Shown here in pieces: positions 1 through 9,391 of a stretch of 64,000 nucleotides of DNA. The position numbers were made by a program, and so were the translations under genes. Under the pieces are notes generated by a model. That model saw only the letters and a program-made list of their open reading frames with translations, was not told the DNA's origin and searched no databases. The number at the start of each line of letters is the position of its first letter. Position 1 is the first letter of the stretch. The stretch is from positions 512,001 to 576,000 of the forward strand of contig CAVTTL010000001.1 of assembly GCA_963737635.1 (NCBI GenBank). Direction: 5' to 3'. Source of the stretch: an uncultured Methanoregulaceae archaeon. Its GTDB lineage: Archaea > Halobacteriota > Methanomicrobia > Methanomicrobiales > Methanospirillaceae.

Positions 1-720
1 GTAATTCGCGATCTTTATCACTGCTTTCTGCAGGTGGCCTAGAGTTTCTGTTCCCCCCACGAGTTCAGCAATCTTTCCGTAGTAAGTATGCATTCCGGTC
101 GCGTACACCAGTGCATCGGTCTCCCCCTCCCGGATGATCGACCCCAAATAGAGAATCTCGTCAAGTTTCCGCTCAACTGGAAGAGACTCTCCGGTAAGAG
201 CTGACTGGTCTACTTCGACAGGTCCGTCTTCCAGGAGTTTTGAATCTGCAGGGACGATATCTCCCATGCGGACACGGATGATGTCCCCCGGCACAAGCTC
301 CCTCCCGGGCACCATGATCCATTCTCCGCTCCGCTTTACCCGTGCCTGGATCGCCAGTTTTCGTTTCAGCTCGTCAATGACGTTGCCTGCCTGATATTCC
401 TCCCGGAAGCCTACAATAGCATTCATCACCAAGAGGGCAAGAATGACGCAAAGGTCTTCCCAGTGCTGCAGGACTCCGGAGAGGAGCGCAGCAAGCATGA
501 TCATCCAGGGAATCGGTCCCCAGAAATAAGTCAGGAACTTAATAATTGGGCTGACGCGTTTTTCGGGGATCTCATTATATCCATATTTTTCCAAACGGGA
601 TACAACTTCTTCATGAGTGAGACCTTCGGAAGTAGTTTTCAGCTCCTTTTCAAGATCTCTAGTGGGAAGTGCCTCTTCCCGGATTTTCGTTGTTTGTTCC
701 TGTTGTTTTGGGCCGGTCAT
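1..720 (-). CDS. P-type H+-exporting ATPase (type IIIA), 5' part; runs off the window start
   Basis: Manual minus-strand translation from ATG 720: MTGPKQ...GYNEIPEK...YFWGPIPWMI...LVPGDII...GDIVPAD...VDQSALTGESLPV...GHLQKAV. These motifs are typical of plasma-membrane proton ATPases. Not in the ORF track because it is open-ended. Confidence 0.9.
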   Translation of the reverse strand, partial: MTGPKQQEQTTKIREEALPTRDLEKELKTTSEGLTHEEVVSRLEKYGYNEIPEKRVSPIIKFLTYFWGPIPWMIMLAALLSGVLQHWEDLCVILALLVMNAIVGFREEYQAGNVIDELKRKLAIQARVKRSGEWIMVPGRELVPGDIIRVRMGDIVPADSKLLEDGPVEVDQSALTGESLPVERKLDEILYLGSIIREGETDALVYATGMHTYYGKIAELVGGTETLGHLQKAVIKIANY

Positions 721-1002
721 CCTATCACTCACATGAAGATTTTAAGATAAATTATCGGAATCCATTCTTGCTCCTGCGTAAGGGTGGTCAACAGATGAAC
801 CGATCGTTTTCATAAACCCCTCTTCCAACATTTTTAGCATCACAGAGTAACAATGGTTCCAGTGGAATTACCATTTGAACACTCCAAATCGGCATTATCT
901 GAATCTGGTCATTCGTGGCATCACGCACCGGGATAAAAAAAACTATGACCCATTCCGGGACCCGGATCCAGAGTTCACATCACCCGGATTCAATATTCAA
1001 AC

Positions 1003-2010
1003 CTACATTCGACCCGCCATAAATGATGCGAGATCCAAAAGTCTCCGTGCGTATCCCCATTCGTTGTCGTACCAGATCATCACTTTAACCACATTTCCCC
1101 CGATAACCGCCGTAGAAGAAGCATCGACAATTGCAGATCTGGGATTCCCGACGATATCGGCCGATACCAGCTCTTCCGTAGAATACTCCAGAATGCCACT
1201 GAGTTCCTTTTCGGCCGCGTTTTTCAGAGCCGTATTTACCTCTTCTGCGGTAACCTGTCGTCCAAGGTGCGCGACAACGTCGGTGATCGATCCGTCCGGG
1301 ACGGGGACGCGGATCGCAATGGCATGCATTTTGTCTTTCAGTGCCGGGATGGTCAAAACGGTTGCCTCTGCCGCTCCTGTCGAAGAGGGGATTATCGATA
1401 CGGCGGCTGCACGACCCCGTCGTTTTTTACGGGCAGATTCGTCGACAAGGGCCTGGCTCGAGGTATATGCATGGACGGTTGTCATCATCAGATAATCGAT
1501 ACCGAAAGCATCGTTGAGGACTTTTGCGACCGGTGCAATGCTGTTTGTTGTACATGAAGCGTTTGAAACGACGTGATGCTTTTTGGGATCGAATGTCTTC
1601 TCATTTACTCCCATGACAAAGGTAGCATCAGATTCTGACGCTGGTGCACTGATAATGACTTTTTCAGCACCTGCCTGCAGATGCTTTGCCGCATCCTTTC
1701 GGTGCGTGAAAACCCCGGTGCATTCCAGCACGATATCGATATTATGCTTCTTCCACGGGATCAGGGCCGGGTCCCGGTTATTCACAATAGTGACCCGATG
1801 CGATCCCAGCATAAGAAAATCCGGACCGTAAGAGATGGGAAATGAGGCTTTTCCATGCACTGAATCATATTTGATCAGGTACGCGAGATCCTCCATGGCC
1901 GTCGAGGAATTTGCAGCAGTAAGCTGGATGTTTTCCGGCGGGTTTTCTATATAATGTCTCAGTACAAGCCGGCCAATCCGGCCAAGGCCATTGATAGCAA
2001 CTTTTTTCAT
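1003..2010 (-). CDS. gap: Class I (bacterial-type) glyceraldehyde-3-phosphate dehydrogenase
   Basis: VAINGLGRIGR, YDSVHG, ECTG, NASCTTNS, VHAYT and WYDNEWGY motifs; probable start MKKVAING at 2010. Confidence 0.95.
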   Translation of the reverse strand: MKKVAINGLGRIGRLVLRHYIENPPENIQLTAANSSTAMEDLAYLIKYDSVHGKASFPISYGPDFLMLGSHRVTIVNNRDPALIPWKKHNIDIVLECTGVFTHRKDAAKHLQAGAEKVIISAPASESDATFVMGVNEKTFDPKKHHVVSNASCTTNSIAPVAKVLNDAFGIDYLMMTTVHAYTSSQALVDESARKKRRGRAAAVSIIPSSTGAAEATVLTIPALKDKMHAIAIRVPVPDGSITDVVAHLGRQVTAEEVNTALKNAAEKELSGILEYSTEELVSADIVGNPRSAIVDASSTAVIGGNVVKVMIWYDNEWGYARRLLDLASFMAGRM

Positions 2011-2276
2011 AGCATGCCTTCCTTGAATTGCTGACGTTATCACCGCCTTTTTGGGGTATAGAGCCTTTTCCAAAAGCCAGATTTTGAAACAAAAACTGAA
2101 ACGATCAGGAAGTAAACCGGAAAGAAGTTTTCAGTCCTTGATTGTTGTTCACTGGAAAGTCAAGGGGCCCGAATTCAATTTTTTGGAGAAAATAACTTCT
2201 CCAAGATTATCAAACGTGAGAGAAAATCTAAATAAAGTGATTACGAGAAGTATGAACCGTGATCATCCTGAAACCA

Positions 2277-2912
2277 TCAGCCGAGCTTGCGTTTTGCGGC
2301 CAAGATCCGGTCTTTGAGGTCGCGAGCAGCTTCGGTAATATCCGGTTGCCCAACCACTGCTGAGATCACAGCAACCCCGTCGGCACCTGATGCTATAACC
2401 TCTCCCACATTATCGCGACTGATGCCGCCTATACCAATGACCGGTATCGACACTGCTGCCCGGATCTTCCGCAATGCTTCCAGGCCGTACCCTGGCCCGG
2501 CACCACTTTTGGACGATGTCGCAAAGACAGGGCTCACGGCAACATAGTCTGCCCCCCCTGATTCAGCTGCAATTGCTTCACCGACATTCCCGACGGAGAC
2601 GCCAATCACAAAAGGGCGGGGCGCAATCTGTCGTGCTACGTTTATCGGGAGATCCTCCTGCCCCAGATGAACCCCATCGGCCCCGCAGGCAAGCGCAATG
2701 TCCAACCGGTCGTTTACAATAAAGAGGGTTCCGGTCTTTTGGGTGATTATTCGGATCTCACGTCCGGTACTGCAAAATGCCCGTGTGCCGCAGCGTTTAT
2801 CCCGGAGCTGAATCGCATCTGCTCCCCCATCGCACGCAAGGCGTGCAATCTCCGCGTGGGTTCGTCCTGTGGCAATCACTTCATCCGTGATTACATAGAG
2901 ATCGAGATCCAT
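2277..2912 (-). CDS. thiE: Thiamine-phosphate synthase
   Basis: LYVITD, QLRDK, IVNDRLDIALA, GVHLGQED and IGIGGI motifs; adjacent to thiM. Confidence 0.95.
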   Translation of the reverse strand: MDLDLYVITDEVIATGRTHAEIARLACDGGADAIQLRDKRCGTRAFCSTGREIRIITQKTGTLFIVNDRLDIALACGADGVHLGQEDLPINVARQIAPRPFVIGVSVGNVGEAIAAESGGADYVAVSPVFATSSKSGAGPGYGLEALRKIRAAVSIPVIGIGGISRDNVGEVIASGADGVAVISAVVGQPDITEAARDLKDRILAAKRKLG

Positions 2913-2922
2913 AACCCCACGT

Positions 2923-3723
2923 TCAGCCGGATTTTACCCGCGCACCTGCCAGAACATCCTTTGGCGTGAGTGCCGCCATCTCATCGAAGAGTGCCACCTT
3001 AAAAGAGCCGGGACCCTGGCTTTTTTCTGCTGCCCGTTCTCCTGCAAGCCCAAAAGCGGTAAGAGCGGTTGCCGCTGCCGTCACCATATCCCCGTTTATC
3101 GCTGCGCAGACCCCGGTCACCGAGGTCGCCATGCACCCGGTTCCGGAGAGCGTACCCATCTTTGAATGGCCGTTTTCCACGAGGAGGACGCGTTTTCCGT
3201 CCGTGACTATATCGGTTGCACCGCTCATTACGATAGTGATTCCCGTATCGCGGGCAAATGTCCGGGTAACATCCACCGGATCGCCCTTTAACCCCGCCGA
3301 ATCGACGCCTCGCACCTTTGCATCCACACCGGCAAGCACTCCGATCTCCCCGGCGTTTCCCTTGACGATGGCAATGTTCAATTCGTCGAGAAGGCGCTTT
3401 GTACTCTCCGTCCGGAGCCGTGTGGCTCCCGCACCAACCGGATCGAGGATGATTGGGATCTTGCGTTCGTTCGCCATGTTCCCGGCGAGGATCATGCTCT
3501 CGATAATCCCCGGATTGAGCGTCCCGATGTTTAAGACGAGAGCACCCGCAAAGCCTGCCATCTCTCCTGCCTCTTCCCAGGCATCGGCCATCACCGGCGC
3601 CCCTCCGGCGCAGATAGTGATGTTTGCGCAGTCATTAACCGTCACGTAATTCGTTATATGGTGGACAAGGGGGTGATGCTCCCTTGCCCGGGAAAAGATA
3701 TCGGAAAAGACCTGGGAATCCAT
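2923..3723 (-). CDS. thiM: Hydroxyethylthiazole kinase
   Basis: [33 protein letters not shown] and GTGC motifs. Confidence 0.95.
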   Translation of the reverse strand: MDSQVFSDIFSRAREHHPLVHHITNYVTVNDCANITICAGGAPVMADAWEEAGEMAGFAGALVLNIGTLNPGIIESMILAGNMANERKIPIILDPVGAGATRLRTESTKRLLDELNIAIVKGNAGEIGVLAGVDAKVRGVDSAGLKGDPVDVTRTFARDTGITIVMSGATDIVTDGKRVLLVENGHSKMGTLSGTGCMATSVTGVCAAINGDMVTAAATALTAFGLAGERAAEKSQGPGSFKVALFDEMAALTPKDVLAGARVKSG

Positions 3724-3753
3724 GCTGTTTCACCGATTTGTTCTTCCGTTCGG

Positions 3754-3770
3754 GTGTACGAACCGTACAC
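3754..3770. promoter_or_regulatory. Perfect inverted repeat GTGTACG-aac-CGTACAC upstream of thiM-thiE; candidate operator
   Basis: 7-bp arms lying about 20 nt downstream of a minus-strand TATA-like ATTTATT (3791-3797). Confidence 0.4.
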
Positions 3771-3842
3771 GATTATGGGACGGGAGGCGTAATAAATCGT
3801 GGCTGCAGGTAATAAAAATAACCGGCACATGCTCTTTTGGGG

Positions 3843-6485
3843 TTACCGCGTGAGCTCTTCCAGAGTGGCCACGAGCAGGTCGATTTCTTGCCGGGTGTTG
3901 TAATAGGCAAGACTTGCCCGCACCGTTCCGTCAGGGAGGCCGAGGCTTTCTACCAGCGGTTGGCAGCAGTGGTGGCCTGACCGCACCATAATATCTGCTG
4001 CCTCGTCGAGCTGCTGGGCCACTTCGTGAGGGTGGAACCCATCAACCGTGAAGGAGACCACCCCGATCCGGTGTGCCGGATCCTGCGGGGCATATACGTG
4101 AACACGATCGTTCCTGGCGAGAGCGGCGATCAGCCTATTGGTGAGATCCGTCTCGTACCGGTGGATCTGTTCCATCCCGATCAGATGGAGGTAGTCCACT
4201 GCAGCGCCAAGACCGATGCCACCCGCAATATTGGGTGTCCCCGCTTCGTACTGTTGGTAACCCTGCGCCGGTGTGAATCCATCAGAGGTGACCGCCTCGA
4301 CCATGCCACCGCCAAGCACGAGAGGTTCGATACAAGGCTCCTTCATCCAGAGTACACCCGTTCCGGTCGGCCCGGACATCTTATGGCCCGAGAAACAATA
4401 GAAATCACACCCGAGTTCCTGTACGTCCACCGGCAGGTGCGGGACAGCCTGCGCTCCATCGACAAGAAGGCGCACCCCATGATCATGGCAGATCCTCCCA
4501 ATCTCCTTCACGGGGGTAACCGTACCAAGTACGTTTGATGCCTGCGTAACAGCAACGAGACGCGTCGAATCGGTAATCGCTTTTTCCAGAGCAGTAATGT
4601 CGAGCGTATACTCCGGGGTGATGCCGACGATATCCGTGGCGACATCTTGACGGGCGAGACGGCGCCAGGGAAGGAGGTTCGAGTGGTGTTCGAGGATAGT
4701 GGTGATCACCCGGTCGCCGGGCTTCCAAGTGAGCCCCCGTGCAACCATATTAACTGATTCAGTCGTGTTCTTGGTGAAAACGGTGACCCCGTTTTTCCCG
4801 CCAATAAATTCTGCGATCTTCTCATGGGCATGCCAGTACCGCTGGCTTGCAATGCTGGTGAGCCGGTGGACCCCTCGCCCCACGTTTGCCCGGTACCGGT
4901 GCTCGAATTCGACCATCGCGGCTACAACAGGTTCCGGGGAGAAGCTGGTCGCCGCATTGTCGAGATAGATAATATCGCCGAGAATGGGAAAGTCGCGGCG
5001 GATAGCTTCCACGTTATATCTCCCGATCTCCTGTATTGCCATATCCGGTTCCATGATTCTTTTTCCTGCTATTTCAACCGTCTCTTCTCTTTCTGCGGGT
5101 GGTTCTGCCTGCAGGGTATAATCATCCCGTACTGGTATGCCCCGGTCACGGCAGAGCTCGCGCATCTTTGGCGGTAGGGCCCGCCAGCGCCAGAGACCCC
5201 ACTGGTGATAAGCGTCAGGCAACCCTCGTTTTTTTGCGTAGGCCACCAAAAACGCGTCCCAACGCTTGGCATAGTCCGGGTGCATAGATCTAAGCTCTTC
5301 GTACTCGCTTTCAAGCATGGATGGGCAGACATAGCACCCAATCCGTTCGATCCCCCGGTCGTAGAGCGAGTTTATTTCAGCCTTCTGCCACCAGAGGTAA
5401 AGAAAAACCTCAAGAGCTCTCCAGTTCCTTATCGGTGAGATATTAAGCTGGAGAGGGTTTGCCGGGTTCTGGCTCGTCTCTTCAAGCGCTGCCCGGTTCC
5501 AAGACTCATACCACCGGTTACCCTGCACTGTGACGCAGGGACCCACCTCGGCAAGATGAAGCTTGAGGGGCCGGAGTTTCAGGAGTTTGCAACACCACCG
5601 GTTATCCTTTCCCGGGGGCCCGGCTTTTTCTGCCGCTGAAAAGAAATCCCCTGCTTTTTCTATAACGGGAACTCCTTGCGATCTCACGAATGCAACCGTC
5701 TCAGGAAACTCAATGCCGGTATCGAGGAAGAACGCATCGGTTACCCCTGCTTTGCGTGCGAGCGTCAGTACAGCGGTACTGTCTTTTCCCCCCGAAAAAG
5801 AAACATTGCATACCGGCCGGTCGTGGATATGCTGTTTGATCATCCGGATCGCGTTCCGTTCAAGATTTTTTAAATGATACCGGTTCTGCCGGACAACCTC
5901 CGCCAAGTCCGGGTTCCTGCCAGTACGGAGATCAACCGGTGCCAGTTCCCTGACCCGGACATAACCGTCTTTGACAGTCCCGGTTCCGAACCGGTTTTTG
6001 AGTTGCACGATCGCCGTACCGTCAGGCACCGAGTGCAAGAGTCTGAACTTCTTGCCCCCCATGCGTCCTCCACCATGCCCCGGTTCGATACCGGTGCCAA
6101 GGTCGATCACCCCGGCAGTCACATGCTTGAGGATAAACGGCAGTGCCTCCGGGGAAAGATCGAACGAGAACTTCCGGGTAACCGGATCGAAGGAGAGCCA
6201 GCCGAAACGGTGACCGTGTGCGATCACGAGATCTGCCCGGTCCAAGCCGCCAGTCTTGTTGAGCAGGAGGACGGTCTGGACGGGTACGTTCCCGAACCGT
6301 TCCCGCACCAGCCTTTTTATGAGGGCCATGTCAGCCGCAAGCGCCGGGCGTACGTCGTACGGCTGAAGAAGTTCAATCTCCCGTCCCTCCGCACCGCAGG
6401 CACAGGTCCTGCCAATCAGCGGGACATTGCACCGGTCGCACCAGTAGAGAATCTTTTTTACCGGCGGCTCATGCGTCACACTCAC
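3843..6485 (-). CDS. Fusion of a PAPS/APS-reductase-fold [4Fe-4S] PP-loop domain and a SufS-type cysteine desulfurase
   Basis: N-terminal CxxC..CxC ribbon, SFSGGKDS, RWCCKLLK and RIGCYVCP; C-terminal IYLDNAATS, EHHSN, SGHKM (PLP lysine) and RSGHHCCQP. One 880-aa ORF. Confidence 0.9.
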   Translation of the reverse strand: MSVTHEPPVKKILYWCDRCNVPLIGRTCACGAEGREIELLQPYDVRPALAADMALIKRLVRERFGNVPVQTVLLLNKTGGLDRADLVIAHGHRFGWLSFDPVTRKFSFDLSPEALPFILKHVTAGVIDLGTGIEPGHGGGRMGGKKFRLLHSVPDGTAIVQLKNRFGTGTVKDGYVRVRELAPVDLRTGRNPDLAEVVRQNRYHLKNLERNAIRMIKQHIHDRPVCNVSFSGGKDSTAVLTLARKAGVTDAFFLDTGIEFPETVAFVRSQGVPVIEKAGDFFSAAEKAGPPGKDNRWCCKLLKLRPLKLHLAEVGPCVTVQGNRWYESWNRAALEETSQNPANPLQLNISPIRNWRALEVFLYLWWQKAEINSLYDRGIERIGCYVCPSMLESEYEELRSMHPDYAKRWDAFLVAYAKKRGLPDAYHQWGLWRWRALPPKMRELCRDRGIPVRDDYTLQAEPPAEREETVEIAGKRIMEPDMAIQEIGRYNVEAIRRDFPILGDIIYLDNAATSFSPEPVVAAMVEFEHRYRANVGRGVHRLTSIASQRYWHAHEKIAEFIGGKNGVTVFTKNTTESVNMVARGLTWKPGDRVITTILEHHSNLLPWRRLARQDVATDIVGITPEYTLDITALEKAITDSTRLVAVTQASNVLGTVTPVKEIGRICHDHGVRLLVDGAQAVPHLPVDVQELGCDFYCFSGHKMSGPTGTGVLWMKEPCIEPLVLGGGMVEAVTSDGFTPAQGYQQYEAGTPNIAGGIGLGAAVDYLHLIGMEQIHRYETDLTNRLIAALARNDRVHVYAPQDPAHRIGVVSFTVDGFHPHEVAQQLDEAADIMVRSGHHCCQPLVESLGLPDGTVRASLAYYNTRQEIDLLVATLEELTR

Positions 6486-6564
6486 ATGATTAGGGCGCGA
6501 GGAAGATAAGAGAAACGCTTCAGGAAATCAGATACAGCGAAAAAGATGCAGGAAAAAAGGGGGA

Positions 6565-6813
6565 TTATTCTTGACTCCCGGCCTCTGCAAGGGCTGAACG
6601 TATCTGTTCTTTGACATCATTTGAAATATCAAGGCTGTCCAGTGCCCGCAAGAGGAGAAGCCGAGCCATCTGCTGGCCCCCGGGAGTTGCGAGGTATGAG
6701 TCGATGGCCTCTTTTCCCTGATGAGAGGAGAGAAAGGATCGGATCGCATCCTGTCCTTTCGGAGAGGCAAGATATTCTGCAACCATTCCCTGAATGCCCT
6801 CAAGTACGCTCAT
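6565..6813 (-). CDS. Small hypothetical protein with short helical repeats (YLASPKGQ / FLSSHQGK / YLATPGGQ)
   Basis: 82-aa ORF with protein-like composition and a three-fold internal repeat. Confidence 0.65.
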   Translation of the reverse strand: MSVLEGIQGMVAEYLASPKGQDAIRSFLSSHQGKEAIDSYLATPGGQQMARLLLLRALDSLDISNDVKEQIRSALAEAGSQE

Positions 6814-6885
6814 CAGATGTCACCAAAGAATAGCAGGTACTGGAACAACCGAACAGATAAAGGTACCAGAATTTTTTTCAGCGTA

Positions 6886-7514
6886 TCAGGTAGGCAAAAA
6901 AACGTTGCCAGCCCCGTCAGTACTCTCCGGCACAGGTATACAAACTATTTTTTCGTTTTTAACCCGGGCGCGGTGCTCGGCTACCATCTCGCCGCAGACA
7001 GCACACGGGACCGATTTGGAGATCCGTGCTTTTTCAAGGATTTCCGACCTTGCTTCTCTCTCTATGAAAAGCGCGCCAATCGGGATCGTGAGGATCTTTT
7101 CGGTGATGGCAGCCTGGCGCTCGTTGAACTCTTGTATTTTGTCCGGCGTCGCTTTCCCGGCCATCACTCCTCCGCGCAATCCCGATATCACTGGATCGAT
7201 CCGTTCAGTCAGGGGATCACTAGACTGGACAAGCCGTAATGCCGCGCCGGTACTGAGGCTGATGAACGTGTATGCGTGTTTGCCCAAATCGGGGAGGATC
7301 AGGTTTCCCTTGCTAACAGAACATCCGGTGATAGCCTGCATGGCATCAATCCCGCACGCATCGTTCTCGACAATGGCAACTAAGTTCTCATTATCGGATC
7401 GTTCGCATGCAGGCAGTGAGAGCATGTCTGGCTGCCCGGACCTAATGCAAGACCGGGACAGGAATGGCCATGGAAGGCAACTGCATCGTCGTAAGTCTGA
7501 TAGTGGCACGTCAT
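6886..7514 (-). pseudogene. FmdE-family (formylmethanofuran dehydrogenase subunit E-like) gene, multiply frameshifted
   Basis: FHGHSCPGLALG in one frame; LVAIVENDACGIDAMQAITGC and C-terminal CAVCGE...CIP in another. Several indels at ~7410-7445 and a disrupted 3' end. Confidence 0.8.
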
Positions 7515-7674
7515 AATCTTCACGTAGATAGTCACTTGCCGGGAGGAGGGTAAAACCGTTTCGCCCATGCCGGTCTGCCGGAAGCGGACCGGGTTATCCG
7601 GGTGTACCGGTACACTTTTCTGACACTAAGGTATATACGAGCCGGGCGCAGAGGAAAAGATCGGTGCATTAACC

Positions 7675-8079
7675 ATGGCAAGATTGACAGAAGAGATGAA
7701 GGAAGCGTTCCAGAAGATGAAAATATTCCCGGTTGCGACCGCATCCAAGGACGGAACGCCAAACGTCATCCCGATCGGGATTGTCGAACTTATCAGCGAC
7801 GACACGATCTGGATCACAGACAATTTCATGAACAAGACACTCGATAATCTCAAGGCCAACCCGAAGATCGCACTCTATGTGTGGGGACCGGAGATCAAGG
7901 GGTGCTTCCAGATCAAGGGACATGTCACCATCAAAACAAGCGGCAAGGAGTATGATGAGATGAAAGCGAAGATTAACAAGAAGAACCCGGCGCTCCCTGC
8001 ACGGTCGCTCCTTATCGTGAAGATCACCGAAGTCTTTGAGTGCAAACCCGGGGCGACGGCTGGATCAAAACTCCTCTGA
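7675..8079 (+). CDS. Pyridoxamine 5'-phosphate oxidase-like FMN-binding protein
   Basis: VATASKDGTPNV, DNFMNKTLDNLKANPKIAL and FQIKG motifs. Confidence 0.85.
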   Translation: MARLTEEMKEAFQKMKIFPVATASKDGTPNVIPIGIVELISDDTIWITDNFMNKTLDNLKANPKIALYVWGPEIKGCFQIKGHVTIKTSGKEYDEMKAKINKKNPALPARSLLIVKITEVFECKPGATAGSKLL

Positions 8080-8150
8080 TACTCTTTTTTGAACTCTCGG
8101 ATCCGGATGATCCTGCATAAAGGAAAGAACCGGATCGTTGCGAAAAAAGA

Positions 8151-8456
8151 TTAATTTCCAAATTGCTCTACTGCATCTGGCAGAGAGTGAGCGACCCCCC
8201 GGATCCCTGATACGGTCACGGTCATGAGGATCGCATCGATGACCTCTTCCCGGCTCGCCCCCGCCGCCCGCGCCAAGGGTATATGGGCGTTTACCGCCGT
8301 GTCGTCACCCATCGCCACCTTCATTGCGATATAGATGAGCTGCTTGGTCTTTGCATCGAGTGCCGGTCTCTTTACGACTGCCATGATCAGGTTGTTGAAT
8401 GCTGCAGCGACTTCAGGGGCCTCTTCATTGAACAGTTCCATAGTGTTTTTTGCCAT
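8151..8456 (-). CDS. Carboxymuconolactone decarboxylase (CMD/AhpD-like) family protein
   Basis: LDAKTKQLIYIA...H...ARAAGASREEV pattern. Confidence 0.85.
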   Translation of the reverse strand: MAKNTMELFNEEAPEVAAAFNNLIMAVVKRPALDAKTKQLIYIAMKVAMGDDTAVNAHIPLARAAGASREEVIDAILMTVTVSGIRGVAHSLPDAVEQFGN

Positions 8457-8666
8457 ACTATGCGCCTCAGATACCCTAGTTGCCGGGCATTGGGTATATA
8501 TCTTTAAGAGAATCTGGCGTCAGGGAGATGCGAAAAAAGTAAGTGTGGCGGTTTTTATACCTCAATGTTGCCGGAAGAGAATGTTTATATGACAAAATGT
8601 TAAATAAACTATACAAGATGTTGGCAATAACATACCACATCTCTACGGAACAAGGAAGATCATACC

Positions 8667-9248
8667 ATGAGAGCACCACAAATTCTGACAGGAAGTATCG
8701 CATTACTTCTCTTTGCCCTCGTCATCTTGGGATTCGGGATAGGCCCTGTCAGTGCATCGGCGGTACAAGGACAGTACGGCAACTCTACCGCGGTGCACGG
8801 CCATGGGGGAGGGCACCATTTCGCCCGCAACAGTGCCCAGCGGAATACGATGACCGAAGCGTTCATCACTAAACTGCAGAACCAGGGAGTTGACGTGAGC
8901 ACAGTTCAGGCTGCATTCCAGAACAACGATACCACCGCGGTGAACGCGTGGTTTAAATCGTATAGCGAATCGCACCAAGGATCATTTGGCAATTTCACCC
9001 ACGTGGAGAGGGGAACCGGTTTTAAGGTTAATGCAACCGCACAACAGGTCCATCTCAAGTCATTCATCTCCAAGCTACAAAGCCAGGGAGTTGACGTAAG
9101 CTCAGTTCAGACCGCACTCCAGCACAACGACACCGCTACAGTAACTTCGTGGCTCAAATCGTTCTTTGAAGCCCATCCCAATACCATGACCAATTCGACC
9201 CGGCCGCACTGGCACCAATGGAACTCGACGGCCAGCAAATCATCATAA
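8667..9248 (+). CDS. Secreted hypothetical protein with a duplicated ~38-aa helical unit
   Basis: Signal peptide, two copies of FI(T/S)KLQxQGVDVSxVQxAxQxNDTxxVxxWxKS and several N-x-S/T sequons. Confidence 0.75.
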   Translation: MRAPQILTGSIALLLFALVILGFGIGPVSASAVQGQYGNSTAVHGHGGGHHFARNSAQRNTMTEAFITKLQNQGVDVSTVQAAFQNNDTTAVNAWFKSYSESHQGSFGNFTHVERGTGFKVNATAQQVHLKSFISKLQSQGVDVSSVQTALQHNDTATVTSWLKSFFEAHPNTMTNSTRPHWHQWNSTASKSS

Positions 9249-9391
9249 CCGGATCCATCTACCTATACTCTTTTCCACCGGCGGCCCGTTACAGATCAGC
9301 TAAACGATTATCGGTTCTCAGGGATGTCTTTTTTACATCACAAATTCTGGTATGTTCCCCCACCTTTTGCGAGAATACGGTGAACTAATTC

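Noticed and set aside
1782-1793. TCACAATAGTGA resembling the cysteine operator
   Set aside because: Lies inside the gap coding sequence far from a promoter; probably chance.
3724-3842. TPP riboswitch upstream of thiM
   Set aside because: No CUGAGA core or recognisable TPP aptamer fold, and the leader is too short.
3843-6485. Canonical dnd phosphorothioation operon
   Set aside because: No dndB/D/E or ssp genes are adjacent; only the domain analogy is retained as a finding.
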